Source of the DNA: Planctomycetota bacterium
GTDB taxonomy: Bacteria; Planctomycetota; MHYJ01; WSZJ01
Direction: 5' to 3'
Assembly (NCBI GenBank): GCA_038060895.1
Contig: JBBTCT010000016.1
Span: 36,020 to 100,019 of the forward strand
DNA length: 64,000 nucleotides
Positions 26,359 to 36,800 of the stretch are shown here, one piece after another (positions within the stretch are counted from its first letter, which is position 1; every line of letters begins with the position of its first letter). The position numbers and the translations under genes are program-made. Below the pieces are notes generated by a model. That model made no database searches. It had not been told where the DNA came from and worked only from the letters and a program-made list of their open reading frames with translations.

Positions 26359-27159
26359 TCACGGCAGCGTGATCTCGATGTCCTTCTCGGCCGCGAGAAA
26401 GCTCTTCCGGTCCGTGATCGTTTCGTGAAGGACGTACCTTCCCCCGGCGCCGCCGGGTCTGACGGTGAGCTTGTGCGTGAACGCGTGGACGCCCGGGGGG
26501 TCTTCGCGGACTTCCGTCGTCGTTTCCATCCGGTAGGGCTCGTCGCCCGCAGGACCGCGCAGGACAATCGCGTGCACGACGGAGGCCCACTTGCCGTCGC
26601 TGCGCGTCTCGGTCTTCAGCGAGGAGACCGTGAAGGTCACTTCCAGATCCCAGCTGCCGCCGAACCCCGTCTTCCGGACCTCGACGTCGCGGATTTCGGG
26701 CATCGACATTCCGGCCGGAAGCTCAGCAGGGCCAAACGAAGATCGCCCATCGATCTTCATCTCGTCCACGCGCCAGTCCACGAAGCGCGACACCCGGAAT
26801 TCGACGGTCCGCGTCTTCCCGTCCCGGCCCTTGACTCGAGCCTCGACCCGCGCGACTTCCTTTCCGCCTTCCTCGCCGCGCGAACGCTCTTCGACTGCCC
26901 ACTCCGCCCCCCACGCCGGCCCCTCCAGCGCGAGCGCGGCCTCAATCGGCACACCCGAGGCCGGACCGCAGGCCATGCGTGCCGCGCCCGCGTCTCCCCG
27001 GTTCATCGCTTCGAGGAATTCCTCCGCGGCGCCCGTGGGCGAGCCTTCGAACCGGCGGAACATGGACAGGGCCGCGGCCGGGATGCCGGCGAAAATGAGA
27101 AGCGCGATGCCGCAGCCGACGAACGCTTTCAGCCGGGATTGCGGGGGTGCGGGGGCCAT
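26359..27159 (-). CDS. Membrane-anchored hypothetical protein, paralog B
   Basis: Shares EEFLxAM, GxDGKTRxVE, HxIxLxGP and DIExTLP with paralog A. Confidence 0.75.
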   Translation of the reverse strand: MAPAPPQSRLKAFVGCGIALLIFAGIPAAALSMFRRFEGSPTGAAEEFLEAMNRGDAGAARMACGPASGVPIEAALALEGPAWGAEWAVEERSRGEEGGKEVARVEARVKGRDGKTRTVEFRVSRFVDWRVDEMKIDGRSSFGPAELPAGMSMPEIRDVEVRKTGFGGSWDLEVTFTVSSLKTETRSDGKWASVVHAIVLRGPAGDEPYRMETTTEVREDPPGVHAFTHKLTVRPGGAGGRYVLHETITDRKSFLAAEKDIEITLP

Positions 27160-27231
27160 GAAGCGTGGAAGTGTAACGCGGGCGCGAAAGGCGCGCTTGG
27201 TCCGGCGGAAGTCGGCGTTTATGCTGAGGCG

Positions 27232-27867
27232 ATGCGCCGCGCCGTCTTCGCCCTGCTCCTGACCGCCTCCTGCGCGCCGCCGGAGGCCACGACGCCCGCG
27301 CCCAAGGCGAACGAACCGGACCCTCCCCCCGCCGCCTCGACCTGGCAACCCGCCGAGGGCCGCGAGATGCTCGGCACCCCGGCGCCCGAGTTCTCCGGGC
27401 TCAGCGATTGGACGAACTCGGAGCCCTTCACCCTCGCCGCCCTCCGCGGCAAAGCCGTCCTCGTCCGCTTCTGGACCACCGGCTGCTCCCTCTGCCGCCA
27501 CACCGCCCCCGCGCTCAACGACCTCGACCGGCGCTTCCGCGGGAAAGGCCTCGTCGTGCTCGGCATCCATCACCCGAAGGAGCCGGCGTCGCGTGAGGCG
27601 GCGTACTGGCGCTCGGCGGCGCAGAGGTACGGATTCACGTTCGCGCTCGCGCAGGACCAGGAGTGGGCCACGGTGAACTCGTGGTGGCTCGAGCGCGAGA
27701 CGAAGCACTCGTTCACGAGCGCGACATTCCTCGTCGACCGCTCCGGCGTCATCCGGTGGCTTCACCCGGGCGGGGAGTTTTTCGACGCGGAAGGGGAGCC
27801 CGGCGATGCGTACCGTTCGCTGCTCACGGCGGTCGAGAAGGCCGTCGCGGGGGAGGCGGTGAAATGA
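27232..27867 (+). CDS. TlpA/redoxin-family thioredoxin-like lipoprotein
   Basis: Lipobox LTASC, LRGKAVLVRFWTTGCSLC, FLVDRSGVIR. Confidence 0.88.
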   Translation: MRRAVFALLLTASCAPPEATTPAPKANEPDPPPAASTWQPAEGREMLGTPAPEFSGLSDWTNSEPFTLAALRGKAVLVRFWTTGCSLCRHTAPALNDLDRRFRGKGLVVLGIHHPKEPASREAAYWRSAAQRYGFTFALAQDQEWATVNSWWLERETKHSFTSATFLVDRSGVIRWLHPGGEFFDAEGEPGDAYRSLLTAVEKAVAGEAVK

Positions 27868-27919
27868 CGCGATGCGTCAATCGGACTGTCGCAGTGCGTC
27901 ACACCGGCGCGACCCCGGT

Positions 27920-28279
27920 ATGAGCCTCGCTGACCTTCCGCAGATCGACTCCGTCGTATTCCGCACGCGCGACCTGGCAGAGGTGCGCCGATGGTACGAA
28001 CTCGTCCTCGGCCTGCGGGTCGGCACTTTTGAGCGCGACGGAATCACGGTGCGGGACGCCGATGCGCGCTACGTGAACTTTCAGTCGGGAAACACGCTGA
28101 TCGGGTTCGAAACAGGCAACGAAGTCGACCGCGCCCGGCTGGTTTTCATCGTTGGCGACCTCGAGCAGACAAAACGCGAAGTGACAGCCCGAGGAGCCAT
28201 CATTTCCCTCCAGCGAGACAACTGGTTCATCGTCCGCGATCCCGAGGGTCGCGAAGTCCTTCTGCAGCAGAGGAGCTAG
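27920..28279 (+). CDS. VOC (glyoxalase/bleomycin-resistance) family protein
   Basis: RDLAEVRRWYELVLGL...VRDPEGREV. Confidence 0.8.
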   Translation: MSLADLPQIDSVVFRTRDLAEVRRWYELVLGLRVGTFERDGITVRDADARYVNFQSGNTLIGFETGNEVDRARLVFIVGDLEQTKREVTARGAIISLQRDNWFIVRDPEGREVLLQQRS

Positions 28280-28852
28280 CTAACGCTTCGCCGCCGCTTC
28301 TTCCGCGCGGCTGATCTGCTCGACGAATTCCGCCACGAGGGCGATGTCTTCCTCGGCGACGACCGAAGCGGCGCTCGGCGACTCGAGCGATTTCTTGAGC
28401 TTCATCGCGCGGTTGAGCGATTCGGTGGCCGCCTTTTTCTGTTCCCCGGTCGCGTCCGGGTTCAGGATCGTCTCCGTCGCCATCTTGATCTGGAAATCAA
28501 GATTGCCTCCCGATGAATTCGCGATCTCGCGCTTCATCCAGGCGAGTTTCGCGAGCATCACGCGGCGGCGGGCCTCGGCATATTCGGCGAAGTCCTTGAA
28601 ACCGTACTTCTGCGCAAAGGCTTCCGATCGACGCAGCGAAGCGGCGTCGGCGCCGGTACCGGAGGATGGACCGGACTCCGGTTTCGGGAGGTCGGGATCG
28701 AGGAGGGAGGCGACATAGGAGGTGACGATCGGGCGGGTGAGCGCGGGGGCGAGGCGCGACGGTGGGGAGGGAGGCGCCGGTTGCGGCGGCGGCGGGGGAG
28801 CCTTGCCGCAGGACGGCAGGAAGAGGAGAAGGAGCAGGAGGAGGCGGGCCAC
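28280..28852 (-). CDS. Hypothetical lipoprotein
   Basis: Poly-Leu signal with LPSC lipobox, Pro linker, KYGFKDFAEY. Confidence 0.7.
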   Translation of the reverse strand: MARLLLLLLLFLPSCGKAPPPPPQPAPPSPPSRLAPALTRPIVTSYVASLLDPDLPKPESGPSSGTGADAASLRRSEAFAQKYGFKDFAEYAEARRRVMLAKLAWMKREIANSSGGNLDFQIKMATETILNPDATGEQKKAATESLNRAMKLKKSLESPSAASVVAEEDIALVAEFVEQISRAEEAAAKR

Positions 28853-28944
28853 AGGCGCATCATATCCGCTACAATTTCCCGCCCTTCAGACCCGTTGTTG
28901 TTGAAGGCAGTTCCCCGGCCACCGCACAAAGAGGAGTCCAAACG

Positions 28945-30240
28945 ATGCGCTTCACCGTGATCCCGCTGATCTCCTTGCTCGCGCTCGCCGGCGCCGCTTC
29001 CGCGCAGGAACTCGATTTCAACCAGAAGCAGGCGGTGGACCGGCAGGAGCGGAATCTCAAGGAAGCGCAGGGGAAGCTGAAAGCTCTTCAGGACGGCTAC
29101 GCTGCGGAGTGGGAGAAACTGAAGGCGCCGGAGACGATGGTCCCGCCGGCGTGGTTCAAGGGAAACATGGCGAAGGGGGACGAGGTTCTCAAGAAGTGCG
29201 ACGGCATGGTGTCGGACCTGGAAAAGAGCAAGTGCCCGCCGGACAACGCGCGAGTGAAGGCGATCACGGACTGGGTGACGCAGGCTCGGGCCGATGTCGC
29301 GAAATTGAACGCAGAGATGGCGCCGAAGCTGGCGGAGATGGAGACGCTGGCGAACCCGAAGAACTATCCGAACCTCGACGCGGACTTCAAGCAGATCGAC
29401 ACGGTGGCGAAGGCGTACGCGTTCAAGGGATTCCAGTCGAACCCGGACAAGGTCGCGGAACTGGCCAAGGAATTCGCGCAGGCCGTGACGTGGGGGAACG
29501 AGAAATTCAAGGAGTACCGGCCGATCATGGTGCTTTCGGGCGGCAAGAGCAGCCCGCTCTTCAAGAAGTACGAAGCGATGTCGAACGCGATCAAGGGGTT
29601 CCAGACCGAGGCGGGGGAGTATTTCAAGAAGGCGGAAGCGGAGGTCCCGGCGCTTCTGAAGAAGGCGGAAGAGATGGCGGCGAAGGCGGCGGCAGAGAAG
29701 AAGCCGGCATTTTTCACCGGCGGGGTGCAGCAGCAGTTCGACTGGGCCGAGAACTACATGAAGGTGTGCCGGGCGCTGGTTCCTGCGGACGACGAGCGGC
29801 TGGTGAAGATGGAGTCGGCGTGGGCGGCATCGAAGAAGAAGGTGGACGAGCAGGCGGGGACGCTGAAGGAACTGATTGTTGCGGAGACGCGGCCGCCGGA
29901 TGAGAAGTACAGCGGTGCGGACAAGGAAGAGATCCGGGCGAAGGTGATGGAGGAATGGAAGAAAGCGTGGCCGAAGGACGAAGTGATGATGATCCGGATG
30001 CACATGGCGAACTTCGACCGGCGGGAAAAGGCGACGTGGGATTCGGGGTCGAAGTCGTGGGAGTTTTCGGACCGGTCGGTGCTGTGCGTGACGGTGATCG
30101 TGAAGACGAGCGACAAGATTGCGACGAGTTATCCGGCGTACGTGAACGTGAATCACATTTCGAAGGCGACGACGTACGGGGTGGGGACGAAGGGGAACGA
30201 GTACGTGACGCGGGAGATGCTGGTGGAGAATGTGAAGTAG
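28945..30240 (+). CDS. Secreted hypothetical protein (long helical region plus C-terminal beta domain)
   Basis: GAGGAG RBS, signal peptide ending ASA-Q, Lys/Glu/Ala-rich helices. Confidence 0.8.
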   Translation: MRFTVIPLISLLALAGAASAQELDFNQKQAVDRQERNLKEAQGKLKALQDGYAAEWEKLKAPETMVPPAWFKGNMAKGDEVLKKCDGMVSDLEKSKCPPDNARVKAITDWVTQARADVAKLNAEMAPKLAEMETLANPKNYPNLDADFKQIDTVAKAYAFKGFQSNPDKVAELAKEFAQAVTWGNEKFKEYRPIMVLSGGKSSPLFKKYEAMSNAIKGFQTEAGEYFKKAEAEVPALLKKAEEMAAKAAAEKKPAFFTGGVQQQFDWAENYMKVCRALVPADDERLVKMESAWAASKKKVDEQAGTLKELIVAETRPPDEKYSGADKEEIRAKVMEEWKKAWPKDEVMMIRMHMANFDRREKATWDSGSKSWEFSDRSVLCVTVIVKTSDKIATSYPAYVNVNHISKATTYGVGTKGNEYVTREMLVENVK

Positions 30241-30279
30241 CGAATGGTTCTTCGGCGGGAGTCGAAGTTGCCCCTGCCG

Positions 30280-30329
30280 TTGCCCTCGCCCACCGCACGA
30301 GGGACCCCTTGTGAGGTGGGCAAGGGCAA
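30280..30329. repeat. Long imperfect hairpin between convergent genes (REP-like or bidirectional terminator)
   Basis: TTGCCCTCGCCCACCGCACGAGGG / CCCTTGTGAGGTGGGCAAGGGCAA, 21 of 24 positions complementary. Confidence 0.7.
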
Positions 30330-30357
30330 AGGAAACTGCCCGGCGGTTGGCCGAGGC

Positions 30358-32034
30358 TTACGTCTTCGCCAGCTTCTTGTACTTGATCCGCCTCGGGTTC
30401 TCCGCGTCGTCGCCGACTTCCTCGCGCCGCTTGGCCATGTAGGCCTGGTAGTTCCCCTCGAACCACCGCACTTTTCCATCCCCCTCGAACGCGAGGATGT
30501 GCGTCGCGATCCGGTCGAGGAACCAGCGGTCGTGGCTGACGACGATCGCGCATCCGGCGAAGCTGAGCAGCCCTTCCTCCAGCGCCCGCAACGTATCGAC
30601 GTCGAGGTCGTTGGACGGCTCGTCGAGGATGATCAGGTTCCCGCCGCTCTTGAGCAGTTTCGCGATCTGCACGCGGTTGCGCTCTCCTCCGGACAGCTCG
30701 CCGACGACTTTCTGCTGGTCCGTGCCCTTGAAATTGAACTTGCCGACGTATGCGCGGCTGTTCATCCACTTGCCGCCGGCCTTGAACTGGTCCTGGCCGC
30801 CTGAAATTTCCTGGTAGACCGTGTTCTCCGCCGCGAGCGTCTCGCGATTCTGATCGACGTAGGCGAGCTGCACGCTCGGACCGACGGTCAGAGTGCCGGA
30901 GTCCGGCTTTTCTTTCCCCACGATCATCCTCATCAGCGTCGTCTTGCCGGCGCCGTTGGGGCCGATCACGCCGATGATTCCTCCCGGCGGAAGGCTCAGC
31001 GTGAGCCCGTCGATCAGCACCCGGTCCCCGTACGCCTTCTTGAGGTCCTTCGTCTCCAGCACCTGGTTTCCCAGCTTCGGCCCCGCCGGGATTCTCAACT
31101 CCAGCTCGTCCGCCTTTTCCCCCGAATCCTGCTCGAGCAGGCGCTCGTACGCCTCAATGCGCGCCTTCGGCTTCGCCTGCCTCGCCCGCGGCGACATGCG
31201 GATCCACTCCAGCTCCCGGCCCAGCGTCCGCTGCCGCTGCTCCTCCGCCTTCTCTTCCAGCTCCAGCCGCTTCTTCTTCTGCTCCAGCCACGACGTGTAG
31301 TTCCCCTGCCACGGGATTCCCCGGCCCCGGTCGAGCTCCAGGATGTACCCCGCAACGTTGTCGAGGAAGTACCGGTCGTGCGTGACCGCGATCACGGTGC
31401 CCTTGAATTCCTTCAGGAAGCGCTCAAGCCATGCGACGGACAGCGCGTCGAGGTGGTTCGTGGGCTCGTCGAGGAGAAGGAGGTCGGGGGTCTTGAGAAG
31501 CGTGCAGCACAGCGCGACGCGCCGGCGCTCGCCGCCCGACAGCACCGCGATTTTCGCGTCCATCGGCGGCAGCTCCAGCGCTTCCGCAGCAATCTCGAGG
31601 TGCCGGTCGATTTCCCAGGCACTGCAGGCGTCGATTTTGTCCTGAAGCGTCTGCAACTGTTCGAGGGCGTGTTCCATTTCGTCGGGATCGAGTTTTCCCT
31701 CGAGCCGCGTCCCGACTTCCTCGTGCTTGCGCAGCAGTTCGTGCGTTTCGAACACGGCTTCGTCCAGGCAGCCCTTCACGTCCGTTTCCATGTTGAGCTG
31801 CGGCTCCTGCGGCACGAACCCGATCTTGCAGTTCGGCATGTGGTACAGGCTGCCCTCGAAGTCCGTGTCCTGCCCGGCCATGATGCGCAGCAGCGTGGAC
31901 TTTCCGGATCCGTTCGAGCCGAGCACGCCGATCTTCGCGCCGTAGTAGAAGGACAGCGTGATGTCCTTGATGACGACCTTCTTCTCGTACGCCTTGGACA
32001 CGTGCTCCATCTGCATGATGAACGGCGGCGGCAT
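30358..32034 (-). CDS. ettA: Energy-dependent translational throttle EttA (ABC-F)
   Basis: LSFYYGAKIGVLG, LSGGERRRVALC, ELEWIR..PRARQAK, two ABC domains, HDRWFLDRIATHILAFEG. Confidence 0.95.
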   Translation of the reverse strand: MPPPFIMQMEHVSKAYEKKVVIKDITLSFYYGAKIGVLGSNGSGKSTLLRIMAGQDTDFEGSLYHMPNCKIGFVPQEPQLNMETDVKGCLDEAVFETHELLRKHEEVGTRLEGKLDPDEMEHALEQLQTLQDKIDACSAWEIDRHLEIAAEALELPPMDAKIAVLSGGERRRVALCCTLLKTPDLLLLDEPTNHLDALSVAWLERFLKEFKGTVIAVTHDRYFLDNVAGYILELDRGRGIPWQGNYTSWLEQKKKRLELEEKAEEQRQRTLGRELEWIRMSPRARQAKPKARIEAYERLLEQDSGEKADELELRIPAGPKLGNQVLETKDLKKAYGDRVLIDGLTLSLPPGGIIGVIGPNGAGKTTLMRMIVGKEKPDSGTLTVGPSVQLAYVDQNRETLAAENTVYQEISGGQDQFKAGGKWMNSRAYVGKFNFKGTDQQKVVGELSGGERNRVQIAKLLKSGGNLIILDEPSNDLDVDTLRALEEGLLSFAGCAIVVSHDRWFLDRIATHILAFEGDGKVRWFEGNYQAYMAKRREEVGDDAENPRRIKYKKLAKT

Positions 32035-32120
32035 GAGCGGCGGCTCCGGTGGGGGTTTGGGGGGCGGGGAGTGTAATCGCGGCGGAGGGGTCCGACTACG
32101 GGGAGCCGCGGAAAACTGCG

Positions 32121-32237
32121 AACTTCAACTTTCAACTCTCAAGCAAACGCCAACTTCAAAATGACAACCTCGGCCGGCACGGGATTGAAGTTCGCCTTCT
32201 TGTAGTTGCCGTTTGCTTGAGAGTTGAAGTTGAAGTT
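32121..32237. repeat. About 38-bp imperfect inverted repeat with about 40-bp spacer (MITE/REP-like)
   Basis: AACTTCAACTTTCAACTCTCAAGCAAACGCCAACTTCAA ... TTGTAGTTGCCGTTTGCTTGAGAGTTGAAGTTGAAGTT. Confidence 0.8.
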
Positions 32238-32276
32238 GCCTGTTCTCTCGTGCGCCCCGCTATGATCTCTCCCCCT

Positions 32277-32840
32277 ATGGCTCACCCGTGGCATGACGTC
32301 CCGATCGGCAAAGACGCGCCGGAGACCTTCCTCGCGGTCGTCGAAATCCCGAAGGGCGACAAGGTCAAGTACGAGCTTCACAAGGAAACCGGTCTCCTCT
32401 TCGTCGATCGCGTCCTCTACTCCTCGGTCGTCTATCCCGCCAACTACGGCTTCATCCCCCAGACTCTAGGCGACGATGACGACCCCCTGGACGTCCTCGT
32501 CCTCATGCAGGAACCCGTCGCGCCGCTCTCGCTCCTGCGCGTCCGGCCCATCGGGATGATGGCCATGCTCGACGAAGGGAAGGGCGACGAGAAAGTCATC
32601 TGCGTCCACCTGGACGACCCTGAGTACAACTCGTACGCCGACATCGGCGAGCTCCGCGGTCACCGCCTCCTCGAGCTGCGCCGCTTCTTCGAGGACTACA
32701 AGAAGCTCGAGCACAAAGAAGTGAAGGTGCGCGAGTTCCTGGGGCCGGAACAGGCGAAGGAAGCGGTGCGACAGGCGATGGCGCTGTACCGGCGGAAATA
32801 TGGCGCCCCCGCGAAGGTGGGCAAGGCGCGTCCCCGCTAG
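32277..32840 (+). CDS. ppa: Family I inorganic pyrophosphatase
   Basis: [46 protein letters not shown]. Confidence 0.96.
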   Translation: MAHPWHDVPIGKDAPETFLAVVEIPKGDKVKYELHKETGLLFVDRVLYSSVVYPANYGFIPQTLGDDDDPLDVLVLMQEPVAPLSLLRVRPIGMMAMLDEGKGDEKVICVHLDDPEYNSYADIGELRGHRLLELRRFFEDYKKLEHKEVKVREFLGPEQAKEAVRQAMALYRRKYGAPAKVGKARPR

Positions 32841-32930
32841 CCGGGCCCCGAAGGATTCGAACTCCCAGCCCCGCGTGACGTTTCAACGAATCCCGGCATC
32901 CACGATGCAGCTCTTTACACGGAGACTCCC

Positions 32931-33800
32931 ATGAATCGCTTCGCGCCCTGGCTTGCCGTCGCAGTCTCGATGCTCGCCCTCGTTCTCGCCGGACTGCCGC
33001 TCGCCCGTCGCCGGGGCGCTGAAGCGACGCCGGAAACATCCGCGGTCAACAACACTCCGATCGCCGTCCCCCAGTCGCCCGGCACCGCGGGTACCCCGGC
33101 TTCGAGTCTCTCGAATGCCGAAATCGCCTCCGTCGCCGCCGAAATCGTCGCGAAGCGCGAGCGGGACATCGTCGACAGAATCTGGCCGAAGATCGCACTC
33201 ATGCGGGAAGTCGCGGGGCTGAGCGTGCCGGCGAAGCCGGCCAAGCTCGACGAAGCGCTGCTGCATCTGCTGAATCTCGACGGCGGCGATGACGAAGTTG
33301 CAGACGGGCGGTCGCCGGAAATGAAGAAGCAGGTGACGAGGTGCAAGAACGACCTGAAACAACTGGGGATCTACTTCTGCCTCTATGAGGCGAAGTTCAA
33401 GATTTACCCGGGCTCTATCGACGAATTGAAGCGGCCCGACATGATTACCGCGGACAGCACCATCCTGGTCTGCCCCTTCGACATGAGCGGCGACGCCTGC
33501 AGCTACGAATACCTGCACCCCGTCCGCGGGGACGGGGAGCCTGGAGACTCGATCATGGCCTACGACCGGCGCCTCCATCCCGACGGTAAGCGCTGCGTTC
33601 TGTATTTCCAGGGGCGCGTCGAGGAGGTTTCGGAGGCCGACTTCCAGAAAGTTCTCGGCGAGCAGATCGCCAACGACCGCGCGAACCTGGCCGACGAGGT
33701 CGTCAAGGCGCGCGCCGCGGCGCTCGAGGCGGGCGTGAATGGGCCGAACAAGGAAATGCTGCTGAAGCGACTGAGCATCCTGGAGGCGGTGCAGCGGTAG
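32931..33800 (+). CDS. Membrane-anchored protein with internal DUF1559/pseudopilin-like segment
   Basis: CKNDLKQLG..YP..LVCP..SYEY..HPDGKRCVLYFQGRV resembles the H-X9-DG prepilin-associated domain, but there is no N-terminal methylation motif. Confidence 0.6.
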   Translation: MNRFAPWLAVAVSMLALVLAGLPLARRRGAEATPETSAVNNTPIAVPQSPGTAGTPASSLSNAEIASVAAEIVAKRERDIVDRIWPKIALMREVAGLSVPAKPAKLDEALLHLLNLDGGDDEVADGRSPEMKKQVTRCKNDLKQLGIYFCLYEAKFKIYPGSIDELKRPDMITADSTILVCPFDMSGDACSYEYLHPVRGDGEPGDSIMAYDRRLHPDGKRCVLYFQGRVEEVSEADFQKVLGEQIANDRANLADEVVKARAAALEAGVNGPNKEMLLKRLSILEAVQR

Positions 33801-33855
33801 GCGAGTTGCCGGGCGCGCGCAGGCAGGAGTCGTTTCCCACGAAAGAAAAGTCCCT

Positions 33856-36800
33856 CTACTTCACTCCGTCCCGATACACGCCGACTCTCCGTGCCAGCTC
33901 ACCTTTGCGTGCTTCGGGCGCAAGGGAGACCGCTTCCTCGCCGGCCTTCAGGGCTGCTTCCTTTTCCCCGTTCGCCCATGACGCCGCACCGAGCGTGTCC
34001 AGGAACTCCCAACGCTGGGCCGCCGGCCCCAGTTCGAGCGCCCGCTTCGCCGCCGCGACCGCCTTCGCCGTCAGCTCGGTCGGCGCCGGTGCCTCGGGCT
34101 GCCGGTCGTTGCGCCACGCGTGCGTCGCCACGAACCACGCGAACTCGTTCAGGGTGGCCGCGTCGTCGGGAAACTTCGCAAGCGCCCGGTCATACCAGGT
34201 CCACGCTTCTTCCCATCGCCGGGCGCGGGCGTGCTCGATCGCATTCTTGCGCGGGTCGGCCGTCAGGCTGCGAGCGCGCGCAACATAGCCGCGCATGTCG
34301 CTGCCCATGCCGCCGACCCGCTCCAGCGCCTCCCAGTCCGCGAGCGCCGCTTCGGGATCGCCTGCGAGAAGCGCCGCATGACCGCGGAGAAGGAGGAGAT
34401 CGGGGCGCCGACCGCCGGCGATGAGCTGGTCGAGGGCGGCGCGGGCTTCGTCGAAGCGTCGGGCGAGGAGGAGGGCGGCGGCGCGCGCGAGGGGCCGGGC
34501 CGGGGGTTCGAGGCTCGATGCGCAAGAGGCGATTTCGTCGAGGAGGCCGTTTCTCAGCGCGAAATCGAACGTCGCGAAGGGGTCCAGGGCGAGCGCTTCG
34601 CCGAGCGCCACGGGATCGTTTTTGGCTGCGGCGAGGAGGACGCGGCAATGCGGATCGCGGGGGAAATGAGCGGCAGTGTTGGAAGCGGCGGCGGCGGCGC
34701 GGGCGGGATCGCCCAGGGCGAGGAAGGCCTTGGCAAGGGAGATGCCCTGCTGGGGGTCTGCAGCATCGCCTCGCGCGGCGAGCGCGGGCCAGATTTCGCG
34801 GCGGGCCCAGCGGCGGGCCGTGCGCGCGTCGGGCCTTTCGATCGGCGAGCGCCGGGGAATGTCCATGCGCGCCAGGTTGCGGTGCGAAGCGAGGTAGAGG
34901 GTCTCGGGAATTCCGTCGCCGTCCGTATCCTCGAGCACAGGGCGGCGGTTGACTGCTTCGCGCCCTGTGTCGAGTTCGAAGCGCGGGCGGCCATCGGAGC
35001 CCTCGAGCACGTAGACGCGCGAATCCCAGGCGCCGGCGAGGACTTCGGCCTTGCGGTCGCCGTCGAGATCCGCGACGACGATGGTGTCGCGGACCTGGTC
35101 GCCGGCGTTGAAGCGCCAGCGGCGAAGTCCGTCGCGTCCGCCAACGGCGTGGATGGATGAGTTGTTCGCACCGAAGACGACTTCCGGAGCGCCGTCCCCG
35201 TCGAGGTCGCCGATGACAGGGCCGCTCTCGCTCTCGGCGCCGATGTCGTAGCGCCACAGGACGCGGCCATCCTTCCCCGAAACCGCGCGGGCCCGTTTGT
35301 CGAGGCAGGTGAAGACGATGTCGGTGGCGCCATCGCCGTCGAGGTCGGCGATCGCAGCCGGCGATTCGATCGCATGGAGCGTGTCGACCTGGAAGCGTTC
35401 GCGGCCGTCGCTTCCGATAATGCGCAGCCGGTTGTCGTTGGCGCCGGCGAAAAGTTCCGGGAGTCCGTCGCCGTCGAGATCGCCTGAGGTCAGGCCCTGC
35501 AGGAAGTGTACTTTGCAGGAGAATCGCCGCAGCTCCCGGCCCGAGGCGCTTCCATAGGTGACGACGGCGTTTCCTCCGGGGCCGACGCCGAGGGCGACAT
35601 CGGCTTTCCCGTCGCCGTCGATGTCTCCGGTCGCGGCGGGGGAGCCGACGGGTCCGCTCTCGGACGCTCGCCACAGCACAACGCCGGTCGCGCCGGAGTA
35701 CGCGATGCAGGCGCCGTGCTCGTCGGGCTGCCAGAGGCCGGCGAGCACTTCAGGGACGCCGTCGCCGTCCACGTCGGGAAGGCGCGTTGTTCCCGCGATG
35801 CCGCCCGTCGCGTCCGCTTCCCAGAGCACCCTTCCATCCGCCGCGGAGAGCATTCGGATGATGCCTTCGGGGCCGGCGAGGACGGCGTCGCGGGTGCCGT
35901 CCTTGTCGGCGTCGAGGAGGACGGGGGAGCAGACGCCGCCGGCGGTGGAGGGGAAGCGCCAGCGTGCGGGGCCGGGCTGGGCGGCGAAGAGCCAGATGCG
36001 GCCGTCGTCGGAGCCTGCGGCGCATTCGAGTGAGCCGTTGCCGCCGACGTCGACGAGGAGGGGCGACGACTGGGTTGGGCCGTTGGTTTCGAAGGCCCAG
36101 AGGGACTTGCCGTCGCGGCCGGAGAGAAAGTGGATGGCGCCGTCGGAGCAGGAAACGACGGCGTCGGGGGTGCCGTCGGAATCGACGTCGGCGATGGCAG
36201 GGAGGCAGCGGGAGCGGCCCGGGAGAGGGGTGCGCCAGAGAAGGGAGCCGTTGCGGCCGGAGAGTGCGTGGATAGCGGCGTCGCCGCCGGGAACGACGAG
36301 GTCAGGCGCCGGGTCGCCGTCGAGGCGGGCGAAGGCGGGGCTGGCCGGCGAGGAGCCGCAGGGGTAGTCCCAGAGTTTGTGGCCGTCGCGGCCCGAGAGG
36401 ACGATCAGGCGGTCCGAGGCGACGGCGATGTCGTCGATGCCGTCGCCGTCGACATCCGCGGCGGCGGGGGAACCGTACACGGGGCCCCCGGCGACAAAGG
36501 TCCACAACGGGTGCCCGTCCTTCCCGGAGACTGCCGCGACGAGGTTGTTGCGGGTGGCGACGATGACGTCCAGGACGTCGTCCCCGTCGATGGCGGCGAC
36601 GGCACAGCGTCCCTCGGCGCCGCCCGGTGCGGGGAACACCCAGCGGGAATTCCCCGTGGCGCCCTCCGCGCAGACGAGGATGCCGTCCGCTTCGAAGACG
36701 ACTTCGTTCGTGCCGTCGCGATCGAGGTCGGCGACGCGCGGGATGCCACGGGCCGCCGAAAGAAACCCGCGGTCCCAGAGCGGCCGCCCGTTGCGCCCGC

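Noticed and set aside
30358-32034. ABC-F antibiotic-resistance gene
   Set aside because: Motifs match housekeeping EttA.
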